Shown piece by piece: positions 21,809 to 30,787 of a stretch of DNA of 64,000 nucleotides. Positions within the stretch are counted from its first letter, which is position 1; every line of letters starts with the position of its first letter. The stretch spans positions 13,225-77,224 of the forward strand of contig CALGVD010000092.1 in the NCBI GenBank assembly GCA_937920275.1. The letters are read 5' to 3'. Both the position numbers and the translations under genes were made by a program. The notes under the pieces were generated by a model. It searched no databases. It saw only the letters and a program-made list of their open reading frames with translations, and was not told where the DNA came from. This DNA is from an uncultured Pseudomonadota bacterium. GTDB lineage: Bacteria > Pseudomonadota > Gammaproteobacteria > Steroidobacterales > Steroidobacteraceae.

Positions 21809-24252
21809 AGCGTCTGCTGGGTGGCTTGCTGGCCACCATCGCTGCGGTGGCCTTGCTGGCATTCCTCTTCGGCGGCTGGCTGTTGCGAAGTTCGCTGCCG
21901 CAACTCGACGGCGAGGTGGCGGCGGCGGCGGGGGCCCCTGATGCTGAAGTCGTGATCGAGCGCGACGCGGGCGGTGCGACCACGGTGCGTGGTGCAGACA
22001 TGGCAGCGGTCGCCTACGGGCTCGGATTCGCCCATGCCCAAGACCGCTTCTTCCAGATGGACCTTTCCCGGCGCCTCTCCTCGGGCGAATTGTCGGCTTT
22101 GTTGGGTGAGCAGATGCTGGCGCAGGACCGCAAGGCGCGTCCGTTCCGTTTCCGGCACGTCGCCAAAGGCGTCGTCGCTGACGCGACACCGGCGCAGCGT
22201 GCCGTGCTCGAGGCCTACACGCGCGGCGTGAACCGCGGGCTCGAAAGCCTGCGCGTCAGACCTTGGGAATACATCCTGCTGCGCGCCACGCCGCAGCCGT
22301 GGCGGCCGGAAGACTCCATCCTCGTCGTGCATGCCATGTGGTGGCAGCTGCAGTACGCCGATGTCGGCAGCGACATGTCGCGACGCGCGGTGGTCGCGCG
22401 CCTCGAGCAACGGGCCACCGTCGCCTCGCGAGCCGAAGCGGATGCCAGCCTCGCCGCGAGCGTCACGCGCTTCCTTTACCCGCGCGGCGATGACTGGGAC
22501 GCGCCGAACCTCCCCGAGTCCGTGGGCGGGGTGTTGGTGCCGGCGCCGGCTGATGCACCACCGGTGCCCTCACCCGAGCAGCTCGATCTGCGTGCCGAGC
22601 GGGCAGGCGGGGCGGCGTCGCCCTCGCCGAGCAAGCCGGGCAGCAACGCTTGGGTGGTCGGCGGCGCGCACACCGAGAGCGGCGCCGCGTTGGTCGCGGG
22701 CGATATGCACCTCGGATTGCGCGTGCCGACCGTCTGGTATCGCGCACGCCTGCAGACCACGAGCGGCGATCCTCCCGAACTCAACGGCGTAACGCTGCCC
22801 GGTGTGCCAGCGGTGGTCGCAGGTTCGAACGGTCATGTCGCGTGGTCGTTCACCAACAGCTACGGGGACTGGGTCGATGTACGCGGATACAGCTGCGACC
22901 CGAAGTCCGATCTCTACTACACCAGCACCGGGGAGCAGCGTTTCAAGGTCAGCCGCGAACGCATCGAGGTGTTGCGTGGCGCCCCGGTGATCGAGGTGGT
23001 GCGCGAATCGCCGCTCGGCGTGCTGGTGAAACGAGAGCCGGGACCGGCCGGTACCGGGGAGATCTGCTGGCTGGCGCGCTGGCTTGCGACCGAGCCGGGT
23101 GCCACGACGCTCGGCAGCCTGGATCTGCAACGGGTGCGCTCGGTACCCGAGGCATTGGCCATGGTGCCCACGGTCGGTATCCCGCATCAGAATCTGCTGA
23201 TCGGCGATCGTGAAGGCCGGATCGCCTGGACGATCGCGGGTCGTATCCCCCAGGGCGACCGCGGGCCCGAGACGCCGCGGCCGATCGCTTGGCTCGAGGC
23301 CGAGCAGGTTCCGCGCATCCTCGATCCCGAGGTCGGCCGGCTGTGGAGCGGTAACGCGCGGCAGATCGAAGGTGAGATGGAGCGCGTGCTCGGCAACGAC
23401 GAGACCGAGAGCGGCATGGGCTACGAGCACGGTGCGCGCGTGCGTCAGATCCGTGATGGATTGCTGGCGATCAGCGGCAAAGCGACGCCTGCGGACATGC
23501 TCGCCATCCAGCTCGATGACCGCGCACTGTTCCTCGAGCGTTGGCAACGGCTGTTGCTCGCCACGCTCGATGAGGATGCGGTGCGCAACCAGCCTAAGCG
23601 TGCCGAGTTGCGCCGATTGGTCGCAGGCTGGACCGCGCGCGCGGCACCGGAGTCGGTCGGTTACCGATTGGTGAGGGAGTTCCGCAACGACACCCGTGAT
23701 GTCGTGTGGGGGATGCTCACCGGCGCCCTCGACATCAAAGAGGGCACGCGCCCGGTGGCGCTGTTCGAGGGCTCGCTCTGGCGGCTGGTGACCGAACAGC
23801 CTGCGCACATGCTGACCGCCGAGCATGCGGATTGGCGCTCGTTCCTGCTGGCCCGCGCCGATGCGGTGATCGCCGGTGTGGAGGAGAAGTGCGGGCGTTT
23901 CGAGCGTTGCACCTGGGGCGCTCGTAATACGGCCCGCATCCGTCATCCGCTTTCGGCCTCGCTCGGTCGGTTCGGCGCTTGGCTCGACATGCCGGCGGTG
24001 CCGCTGTCGGGCGATGACGATCTGCCGCGGGTGGCCGGACCGTCCTTCGGGGCGTCCGAGCGCTTCGCTGTCTCGCCGGGGCGCGAGTCCGAGGGCTATC
24101 TGCACATGCCGGGCGGGCAGGCGGGACACCCGCTCTCACCGTTCTATCGTGCGGGGTTCGACGACTGGGCGCTGGGAAGACCGCGCCCGCTGTTGCCGGG
24201 ACCCGTGGCACATACTTTGACGCTGCAAGCCGCCCCGGAGGGCACGCCATGA
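21805..24252 (+). CDS. Penicillin acylase / S45 Ntn-hydrolase family protein (penicillin-amidase or acyl-homoserine-lactone-acylase-like), N-terminal membrane anchor or signal
   Basis: 815 aa. Hydrophobic N-terminus LLGGLLATIAAVALLAFLFGGWLL. YGLGFAHAQDRFFQMD alpha-subunit block. GSNAWVVGG fits the autoproteolytic Ser nucleophile that begins the beta subunit. The ATG overlaps the pyk stop (ATGA at 21805-21808). Confidence 0.85.
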   Translation: MKRLLGGLLATIAAVALLAFLFGGWLLRSSLPQLDGEVAAAAGAPDAEVVIERDAGGATTVRGADMAAVAYGLGFAHAQDRFFQMDLSRRLSSGELSALLGEQMLAQDRKARPFRFRHVAKGVVADATPAQRAVLEAYTRGVNRGLESLRVRPWEYILLRATPQPWRPEDSILVVHAMWWQLQYADVGSDMSRRAVVARLEQRATVASRAEADASLAASVTRFLYPRGDDWDAPNLPESVGGVLVPAPADAPPVPSPEQLDLRAERAGGAASPSPSKPGSNAWVVGGAHTESGAALVAGDMHLGLRVPTVWYRARLQTTSGDPPELNGVTLPGVPAVVAGSNGHVAWSFTNSYGDWVDVRGYSCDPKSDLYYTSTGEQRFKVSRERIEVLRGAPVIEVVRESPLGVLVKREPGPAGTGEICWLARWLATEPGATTLGSLDLQRVRSVPEALAMVPTVGIPHQNLLIGDREGRIAWTIAGRIPQGDRGPETPRPIAWLEAEQVPRILDPEVGRLWSGNARQIEGEMERVLGNDETESGMGYEHGARVRQIRDGLLAISGKATPADMLAIQLDDRALFLERWQRLLLATLDEDAVRNQPKRAELRRLVAGWTARAAPESVGYRLVREFRNDTRDVVWGMLTGALDIKEGTRPVALFEGSLWRLVTEQPAHMLTAEHADWRSFLLARADAVIAGVEEKCGRFERCTWGARNTARIRHPLSASLGRFGAWLDMPAVPLSGDDDLPRVAGPSFGASERFAVSPGRESEGYLHMPGGQAGHPLSPFYRAGFDDWALGRPRPLLPGPVAHTLTLQAAPEGTP

Positions 24253-25097
24253 CCGGAAGATTCGTCGGTACTCAAAGCTACATCGCCACACCGGACCTCG
24301 AGATGGCGGTCAATGCAGCGGTCACGCTCGGTCGCCCGCTCCTCATCAAGGGGGAGCCCGGCACCGGCAAGACACAGCTTGCGCTCGAGGTCGCTGCATC
24401 GCTCGGCCGACCGATCTTCGAGTGGCATGTGAAATCCACCAGCAAGGCGCAACAAGGGCTCTATGAGTACGATGCCGTGTCGCGTCTGCGGGATTCACAG
24501 CTCGGCGAGGCCCGCGTCGCCGACATCCGCAACTACATCGTGCGCGGTAAGCTCTGGGAGGCGTTCGATTCACCCGAGCCGCCCGTGCTCCTGATCGACG
24601 AGATCGACAAGGCCGACATCGAGTTCCCGAACGATCTTCTGCGGGAGCTCGACCGCATGGAGTTCTATGTCTACGAGACCCGTGAGCTCGTCAAAGCGCG
24701 CCACCGGCCGGTGATCATCATCACCAGCAACAACGAGAAAGAGCTGCCGGATGCTTTCCTGCGCCGTTGCTTCTTCCACTACATCCGGTTCCCGGATGCC
24801 GAGACGATGCAGAGGATCGTCGAGGTCCACCATCCGGGCCTCAAGCGTGAGCTGCTCGCCGAGGCGCTCGGTGCCTTCTATCGCGTGCGCGAGACGCCCG
24901 GTCTCAAGAAGAAGCCATCGACCTCGGAGCTGCTCGATTGGATCAAGCTGCTCCTCGCCGAGGATCTGCCCCCCGAAGCGCTGCGCGGCGATGATCCGAA
25001 GAAGTCGATCCCGCCGCTCTACGGTGCGTTGCTCAAGAACGAACAGGATGTGCACCTGTTCGAGCAGTTGGTGTTCCTCAACCGCCGGGCGCGCTGA
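24249..25097 (+). CDS. MoxR-family AAA+ ATPase, CoxD-like (APE2220-type, AAA_5)
   Basis: 282 aa. Walker A GEPGTGKT, Walker B LLIDEIDK, and FLRRCF. The start overlaps the acylase stop (ATGA at 24249-24252). Confidence 0.88.
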   Translation: MTGRFVGTQSYIATPDLEMAVNAAVTLGRPLLIKGEPGTGKTQLALEVAASLGRPIFEWHVKSTSKAQQGLYEYDAVSRLRDSQLGEARVADIRNYIVRGKLWEAFDSPEPPVLLIDEIDKADIEFPNDLLRELDRMEFYVYETRELVKARHRPVIIITSNNEKELPDAFLRRCFFHYIRFPDAETMQRIVEVHHPGLKRELLAEALGAFYRVRETPGLKKKPSTSELLDWIKLLLAEDLPPEALRGDDPKKSIPPLYGALLKNEQDVHLFEQLVFLNRRAR

Positions 25098-25099
25098 TC

Positions 25100-26296
25100 G
25101 TGTTGGTGCGCTTCTTCCTCGGCTTGCGCGAGGCGGGCGTGCCGGCGTCGGTGACCGAGTTGCTGTCTTTGCTGGGTGCGCTCGAGGCCCGTGTCGCCGC
25201 GCTCTCGGCGCAGGAGTTCTACTGGTTGGGGCGGATGGCGCTCGTCAAGGACGAACGGCACTTCGACCGCTACGACCGCGTCTTCGCCGAGCACTTCGCC
25301 GGTGCGGAGCGGGCGTTCGCAGCGCTGCTCGCCGATGTGCCGCCTGACTGGCTCAAGTCGCTCGCGGAGCGGCTCTTCACCGAAGAGGAGCGGCGGAAGG
25401 TCGAGTCGCTCGGCGGTTGGGACAAGCTGCTTGAGACCTTGCGCGAGCGCTTGGCCGAACAGAAAGAGCGGCATGAGGGCGGTAACAAATGGATCGGCAC
25501 CAACGGCACCTCGCCGTTCGGCTCCGGGGGCTTCAATCCCGAGGGTGTACGCATCGGTCCGCAGGGCGCGCGACAACGCCGTGCCGTGAAGGTCTGGGAA
25601 GCCCGCGAGTACCGTAATCTCGACGATCGCCGGGAGCTCGGCACACGCAACCTCAAGATGGCGCTGCGCCGTCTGCGGCGCTTCGCGCGTGAGGGCGCTG
25701 CCGATCAGCTCGATCTCGATGGCACGATCGAGGCGACGGCGCGCAACGCCGGGTGGCTGGACCTCAAGCTGATCCCTGAGCGCCGCAATGCGGTGAAAGT
25801 GCTGTTGCTGCTCGATATCGGCGGTTCGATGGACGACCATGTCCGGGTCTGCGAGGAACTGTTCTCGGCTGCGCGCAGCGAGTTCAAACACCTGAAGTCC
25901 TGGTACTTCCACAATTTCCTCTATGAGCATCTTTGGCAGGACAACCGTCGCCGGCACGCCGCGCGTACCACCACCTTGGAACTGCTGCGCACCTTCAATC
26001 CCGACTACCGCGTGGTCATCGTGGGTGATGCGACCATGAGCCCGCACGAGATCGTCCAGCCCGGTGGCAGCGTGGAGCATTGGAACGACGAATCGGGGGC
26101 GGCTTGGATGCAGCGCTTGACCGCGCATTTCCCGCGGCTCGTCTGGCTCAATCCCGAGCCGGAGGAACGCTGGGAATGGACGCCGTCGGTGGGCATGGTG
26201 CGCACGCTGGTCGGTGGCCGGATGTTCCCGCTGACGATCGAGGGTCTCGATCGGGCGATGCGCGCGCTGCGACGGTCGGGCCCAGCCTCGGTCTGA
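25100..26296 (+). CDS. VWA-domain protein, CoxE-like partner of the MoxR ATPase
   Basis: 398 aa. The GTG start is 2 nt after the MoxR stop. C-terminal VWA fold signature VLLLLDIGGSMDDH....VVIVGDA. Size and pairing are typical of CoxE-type VWA proteins. Confidence 0.8.
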   Translation: MLVRFFLGLREAGVPASVTELLSLLGALEARVAALSAQEFYWLGRMALVKDERHFDRYDRVFAEHFAGAERAFAALLADVPPDWLKSLAERLFTEEERRKVESLGGWDKLLETLRERLAEQKERHEGGNKWIGTNGTSPFGSGGFNPEGVRIGPQGARQRRAVKVWEAREYRNLDDRRELGTRNLKMALRRLRRFAREGAADQLDLDGTIEATARNAGWLDLKLIPERRNAVKVLLLLDIGGSMDDHVRVCEELFSAARSEFKHLKSWYFHNFLYEHLWQDNRRRHAARTTTLELLRTFNPDYRVVIVGDATMSPHEIVQPGGSVEHWNDESGAAWMQRLTAHFPRLVWLNPEPEERWEWTPSVGMVRTLVGGRMFPLTIEGLDRAMRALRRSGPASV

Positions 26297-26307
26297 GCGA
26301 AGTCGCG

Positions 26308-27477
26308 CTAGAGCTGCAAGAACGCCTGCAGCGGCCGTGATTGGGCCATCGTCTCTGCGTAGCCTTGCTCGATCATCACGCGGGTGTAGACGGACTCGAA
26401 CAACAGATAGCTGGCGAGCAGGCCGCCCGCCTCGCCGCGGGCGCCGATGACCCCGAGCAGGGTGCGCAGCGTTCGGGGCAGCGCGTCGATATGTTGTGCG
26501 GCCGCGATCTGCGGGTCGGATGCCGGCGTCAGCCGCAGGGCCTCGATGCGCCGCAGCCCCGGGATCGGTTGCGCCGCGGCTGACAGGAACAGGTTGGTGC
26601 GGCCCAGCGTCTCGAAATCAGCATCGACGTGGTCGCCGAACAGCGTATCGAGCATGAAGCCGAAGATCTCGCCCGGCGAGGGTGCACGCCTGCGCCCCAT
26701 CAACCGTTCGGCGCCGCCGCTGCCGGCCGCGCGGACGCCGAGCACCAGGATGCGGTCGGCGCCGAGCTTGATGGCGGGGGAGATCGGCGCCAACTGGCGC
26801 ATCGCACCATCCCCGAAGTAGACATCGCCGAGCTTCACGGCCGGGAACAGGAACGGGATCGCCGAACTCGCCATGAGGTGGTCGAGCTCGAGGCGGGTAC
26901 GGACGCCGTTGCGGCGTACACCTTGCCATGCTTGCACGCCCGGGGCGGCCTCGAAGAATACGCGGTGGTGGCCGCCGGCGTAGGTGGTGGCTGCCAAAGC
27001 GAGGGCGTGTAGATGGCCTGCGCTGATGTGCCCGCGGATCCCCTCCCAATCGATGTGCTCAGCGAGCAACCGGCGCAGGGGTCCGTTGTCGAGCAAGGCG
27101 GGCGGCGCTTGCGCGAGGCGTCCCCCGGACAACGCGGAGGCCACCCAGCGTGCACCGGCGCCCAGCATCGCGCCGACGCTGGTATCGAAGACCTGCGAGA
27201 CCGTGAAGTTGCCCCAGACCTCCTCCAGAGCCCTCACGCCTTTGCGCCAATCGTCAGCGTGATGGGCGAGCACGGCTGCGCACACCGCTCCCGCAGAGGT
27301 GCCGACGATGATGTCCCAGGGCGGGCGTTCCTCAGGCCAGGTTTCGGCCAAGGCTTTCAGGACCCCGACTTGATAGGCGGCGCGCGCACCGCCACCGGCG
27401 AGCACCAACGCCGTCCTGCGGGGTGCCGACCGGGGGTCGTAAGCGATCAAAGGCTCGTCAATCCGATCCTGGCGCAT
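26308..27477 (-). CDS. Patatin-like phospholipase family protein
   Basis: Start at the ATG at 27477 (MRQDRIDEP). Oxyanion GGGARAAYQVG, nucleophile GTSAG, and catalytic Asp in FGDGAM. The 91-codon upstream extension in the track is Arg/Ser-rich and spurious. Confidence 0.85.
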   Translation of the reverse strand: MRQDRIDEPLIAYDPRSAPRRTALVLAGGGARAAYQVGVLKALAETWPEERPPWDIIVGTSAGAVCAAVLAHHADDWRKGVRALEEVWGNFTVSQVFDTSVGAMLGAGARWVASALSGGRLAQAPPALLDNGPLRRLLAEHIDWEGIRGHISAGHLHALALAATTYAGGHHRVFFEAAPGVQAWQGVRRNGVRTRLELDHLMASSAIPFLFPAVKLGDVYFGDGAMRQLAPISPAIKLGADRILVLGVRAAGSGGAERLMGRRRAPSPGEIFGFMLDTLFGDHVDADFETLGRTNLFLSAAAQPIPGLRRIEALRLTPASDPQIAAAQHIDALPRTLRTLLGVIGARGEAGGLLASYLLFESVYTRVMIEQGYAETMAQSRPLQAFLQL

Positions 27478-27565
27478 CGGGCTATTGTGCCGCAGCCCGG
27501 GCGTGGTGATGATAGCGTGTGTCTGCGCGGCGCCGCCCCGCCATCTGAACTCCGGAGAATTTCCC

Positions 27566-28144
27566 ATGCGTACGGTCCGAACCCTGTCCTCCCCCCTTGT
27601 CCTCGCGTGGTCAGCGGCCCTGTGGGTCGCAGTCGCGCTGCTGGCCTGGCCTGCACTCGCGGCCTCGCCCAAGGTCGGGGTCCCAGCGCCGGATTTCCGT
27701 CTGCAGGACCAGAACGGTGATTGGGTCACGCTGCAGTCCCAGCGCGGCAAGTGGGTGGTGTTGTATTTCTACCCGAAGGATGGGACCCCAGGCTGCACGA
27801 GTCAGGCTTGCGGTCTGCGTGACAACATCTTCGCTTTCCGCCGTGAGAGCGCCGTGATCTTGGGTGTCAGCGTCGATGATGCCGCGTCGAAGAAAGCGTT
27901 CGCCAAGGAGCACAGCTTGCCGTTCCCGGTGTTGGCGGATCCCACCAAGGCGGTCTCCAAGTCCTACGGCGTGCTCACCAGCCTGCTCGGCATGGTGGAG
28001 TACTCGCGCCGCGATACCTTCATCATCGACCCGCAGGGACGGGTGGCCCGTCATTTCGAGAAGGTCGACGCCGACGACCATGCCGAGCTCGTATTGGCCG
28101 AGATCAAGCGCCTGAAGGCGGCGTCTCCCGCCAAGGTCGGCTGA
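27566..28144 (+). CDS. bcp: Bcp-type peroxiredoxin (thiol peroxidase) with an N-terminal signal peptide
   Basis: Start at the ATG at 27566 (GGAGA SD 8 nt upstream). MRTVRTLSSPLVLAWSAALWVAVALLAWPALA|ASP looks like a signal peptide. PAPDF..YFYPKDGTPGCTSQAC carries the peroxidatic Cys and a resolving Cys 5 residues later. Confidence 0.85.
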   Translation: MRTVRTLSSPLVLAWSAALWVAVALLAWPALAASPKVGVPAPDFRLQDQNGDWVTLQSQRGKWVVLYFYPKDGTPGCTSQACGLRDNIFAFRRESAVILGVSVDDAASKKAFAKEHSLPFPVLADPTKAVSKSYGVLTSLLGMVEYSRRDTFIIDPQGRVARHFEKVDADDHAELVLAEIKRLKAASPAKVG

Positions 28145-28159
28145 ACGGCGTACCGCCGC

Positions 28160-29185
28160 ATGTCCGATCACCCGGTTCAGCCCGCGCGCCGCGATTTCCT
28201 CACCACCGCAGGTGGCTTAGGTGGTGCGCTGGCCGTCGGCGGCGCGGGTCTCGCGGGTCTGAGTTTCGGGCCGACGGCCGGGGCGGCCTCGCTGCTGACC
28301 TCGCAGTACGGCAGGGGTCCGGGCCTCAAGGGGCCTTACCTCGATCTCACGACCGGTCGGGGCAACCAGCTCGCCTACGCGCGTATCCAAGGCGACCTCG
28401 ATTTCGGCAAACCGAAGTTTTTTTGGTTCAAGGGCTATGTCCATGCGGTCGAGCCCATGAAGCGGGTCGTGGACCTGGTGGGCGCGTCGGGCTTCGGCGT
28501 GATCCGTTTGGCGCCGGGTCCTGACGGCTCGATCCGGCGCATGTGCCGCGAGGTCCTCCTCTACACCGACCTGCGCACCGGCGAAGTGCTCGATGAGTGG
28601 AAGAACCCGTTGACCACCGAGACGGTCAAGGTGGTGCATGTCGATAACGACCCGTTCAACTACCTCATCGAGGAGTGGTTCCCGGCACCGCCGCAGTTCG
28701 GCGGTCTGAACCAAGGTCCGTTGCCGCCGCGGGTGCCGTTCATCCTGCCGTGGCACCAACACGGTGAAATGGCGGCGATGGAGATCCACATCCACCTCGC
28801 CTACCCGAGCGCTTTGCAGCCGGACAAGTGGCCGCGCGAGTCGGCGGGCCCCATCGCTCAGGTGTCGGAGTTCTTCGCGCATCATGTGAAGGTCGCCGAC
28901 CTTCAGGATCCGAAGTTGACGACGCTCGATTACACCGGCACCTGGAACCGCATCACGCCTTGGTTGCCTTGGATGTTGATGGGCCAGCGTACGGGCCAAT
29001 GCCAGTACGCCTGCTTCATGGGTACCACCAAAGACCTGGAGTCGGTGCTGTCGCGACCGGTGCTCGACCACGCACAGAAGCACTATGCCAAGTACTTCGA
29101 TGCGCCGACCGAGTGGACAGCGGGCCCGAGCCTGTCGAGCCTCGAGCACTACGCGCAGCGCGCCAAGCCCGCGCCGGTGAAGTGA
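28160..29185 (+). CDS. Tat-signal protein, DUF1838-like, function unknown
   Basis: 341 aa. Twin-arginine motif RRDFLTTAGGLGGALAVGG...AGAAS. The central block LYTDLRTGEVLDEWKNPLTTETVKVVHVDNDPFNY resembles my recollection of DUF1838 proteins. Family membership was not verified. It starts 15 nt after bcp. Confidence 0.6.
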   Translation: MSDHPVQPARRDFLTTAGGLGGALAVGGAGLAGLSFGPTAGAASLLTSQYGRGPGLKGPYLDLTTGRGNQLAYARIQGDLDFGKPKFFWFKGYVHAVEPMKRVVDLVGASGFGVIRLAPGPDGSIRRMCREVLLYTDLRTGEVLDEWKNPLTTETVKVVHVDNDPFNYLIEEWFPAPPQFGGLNQGPLPPRVPFILPWHQHGEMAAMEIHIHLAYPSALQPDKWPRESAGPIAQVSEFFAHHVKVADLQDPKLTTLDYTGTWNRITPWLPWMLMGQRTGQCQYACFMGTTKDLESVLSRPVLDHAQKHYAKYFDAPTEWTAGPSLSSLEHYAQRAKPAPVK

Positions 29186-29200
29186 GGGTCGCCGGCGCGC

Positions 29201-30727
29201 TCAGCGCACGCGCACCGGGATCCGCGCCGCGATCTTCGCACCCCACTCAGCGGGACCGCTCTGGTGCACCGATTCGCCGCGCGCGTCGACCGCCACGGTC
29301 ACCGGCATGTCCTGCACGGTGAACTCATAGATCGCTTCCATGCCGAGGTCCTCGAACGCGACCACGCGTGAGGCGCGGATGGCTTTCGAGACCAGATAAG
29401 CCGCGCCCCCGACGGCCATCAGGTAGGCGGCCTTGTGCTTGCGGATGGCCTCGATGCCGACGGGACCGCGTTCGGCCTTGCCGATCATGGCGATGAGGCC
29501 GGTCTTCTCGAGCATCATCTCGGTGAACTTGTCCATGCGCGTGGCGGTGGTAGGGCCGGCTGGGCCCACCACCTCGTCCCGCACCGGGTCGACCGGGCCG
29601 ACGTAATAGATGACGCGGTTGCGAAGATCGACGCCCGGCGGCAGGCCCTCGCCGCGGGCGAACAGGTCGGCGATGCGCTTGTGGGCGGCGTCGCGACCGG
29701 TGAGCATGCGACCGTTCAGCAGCAGACGCTCACCCGGCTTCCAGGCCGCCACTTGCTCCGGTGTCAAAGAATCTAGATCGACGCGGCGCGCTTCGGGTGA
29801 AGGTCTCCAGTCGACCTTGGGCCAGCGGGAGAGGTCGGGCGGATCGAGCCGCGCCGGACCGCTGCCGTCGAGCGTGAAGTGCACATGCCGCGTGGCCGCG
29901 CAGTTCGGGATCATGGCGATGGGCTTCGAGGCCGCATGGGTCGGGTAGTCGAGGATCTTCACGTCAAGCACGGTGGCGAGTCCGCCGAGCCCCTGCGCAC
30001 CGATACCGAGCGCGTTGACCTTGTCGTGGAGCTCGATGCGCAGCGCCTCGATCGGGGTCTTGGGACCGCGCGCCTTGAGATCGGCCATGTCGATCGGCTC
30101 CATCAATGATTCTTTGGCGAGAACCATCGCCTTCTCGGCGGAGCCGCCGATACCGATGCCGAGCATGCCGGGCGGACACCAGCCGGCGCCCATCGTCGGC
30201 ACGGTCTTCAGCACCCAGTCGACGATGGAATCGGACGGGTTCAGCATCGCGAACCTGGCCTTGTTCTCAGAGCCGCCGCCCTTGGCGGACACGGAGACCT
30301 CGACCGCGTCGCCCTCGACCAGTTCGACATGCACCACCGCGGGCGTGTTGTCACGGGTGTTGCGGCGCGTGAAGGCGGGGTCGGCGACGATGCTGGCGCG
30401 CAGCTTGTTGTCCGGATCCAGATAAGCCCTGCGCACGCCCTCGTCGACCATCTGCTGCAAGGTCAACGTCGCGTCCCAGCGCACCCCCATGCCCACCTTC
30501 ACGAACGCCACCACGATGCCGGTGTCCTGGCAGATCGGGCGATGGCCTTCCGCGCACATGCGCGAGTTGGTGAGGATCTGCGCGATCGCGTCCTTGGCCG
30601 CCGGGGATTCCTCGAGTTCGTACGCACGGCCCAAAGATTCGATGTAGTCCATCGGATGGTAGTAGGAGATGTACTGCAGGGCGTCGGCGACGCTCTCGAT
30701 GAAGTGCTGCTGTGAGATGACGGTCAT
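29201..30727 (-). CDS. fumA: Class I (Fe-S dependent) fumarate hydratase
   Basis: 508 aa fused alpha/beta type. CQDTGIV Fe-S ligand block, and overall length and pattern match FumA/FumB-like enzymes. Confidence 0.92.
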   Translation of the reverse strand: MTVISQQHFIESVADALQYISYYHPMDYIESLGRAYELEESPAAKDAIAQILTNSRMCAEGHRPICQDTGIVVAFVKVGMGVRWDATLTLQQMVDEGVRRAYLDPDNKLRASIVADPAFTRRNTRDNTPAVVHVELVEGDAVEVSVSAKGGGSENKARFAMLNPSDSIVDWVLKTVPTMGAGWCPPGMLGIGIGGSAEKAMVLAKESLMEPIDMADLKARGPKTPIEALRIELHDKVNALGIGAQGLGGLATVLDVKILDYPTHAASKPIAMIPNCAATRHVHFTLDGSGPARLDPPDLSRWPKVDWRPSPEARRVDLDSLTPEQVAAWKPGERLLLNGRMLTGRDAAHKRIADLFARGEGLPPGVDLRNRVIYYVGPVDPVRDEVVGPAGPTTATRMDKFTEMMLEKTGLIAMIGKAERGPVGIEAIRKHKAAYLMAVGGAAYLVSKAIRASRVVAFEDLGMEAIYEFTVQDMPVTVAVDARGESVHQSGPAEWGAKIAARIPVRVR

Positions 30728-30787
30728 GGGGTTGCTCGTGCCGGCGCGACACCGGCTGCAGGGTGGGTGGGACGAGACGCCAAGATT

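Noticed and set aside
24249-26296. Possible CbbQ/CbbO Rubisco activase, given the location next to tkt-gap-pgk
   Set aside because: As far as I recall CbbQ, the MoxR sequence resembles the CoxD-like type (FPNDLLRELDRMEF, FLRRCFFHYI) and not CbbQ. The VWA partner is about 400 aa, whereas CbbO is roughly twice that size. No Rubisco or prk gene is in the window.
24249-27477. MoxR + VWA + patatin lipase as a conflict or defence (vWA-MoxR effector) system
   Set aside because: The patatin gene is on the opposite strand, convergent, with its own divergent promoter region shared with bcp. No additional VMAP-type components, no compositional anomaly and no mobile-element flanks are present.
28418-28424. 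Homopolymer runs inside genes (T7 here in the DUF1838-like gene; a 7-nt run at 34199-34205 in surA; A7 near 62585 in the acyltransferase) as phase-variation tracts
   Set aside because: The runs are short (7 nt), encode sensible residues (KFFWF, KEKN, LFFPE) within conserved motifs, and sit in housekeeping genes. There is no evidence of frame disruption.
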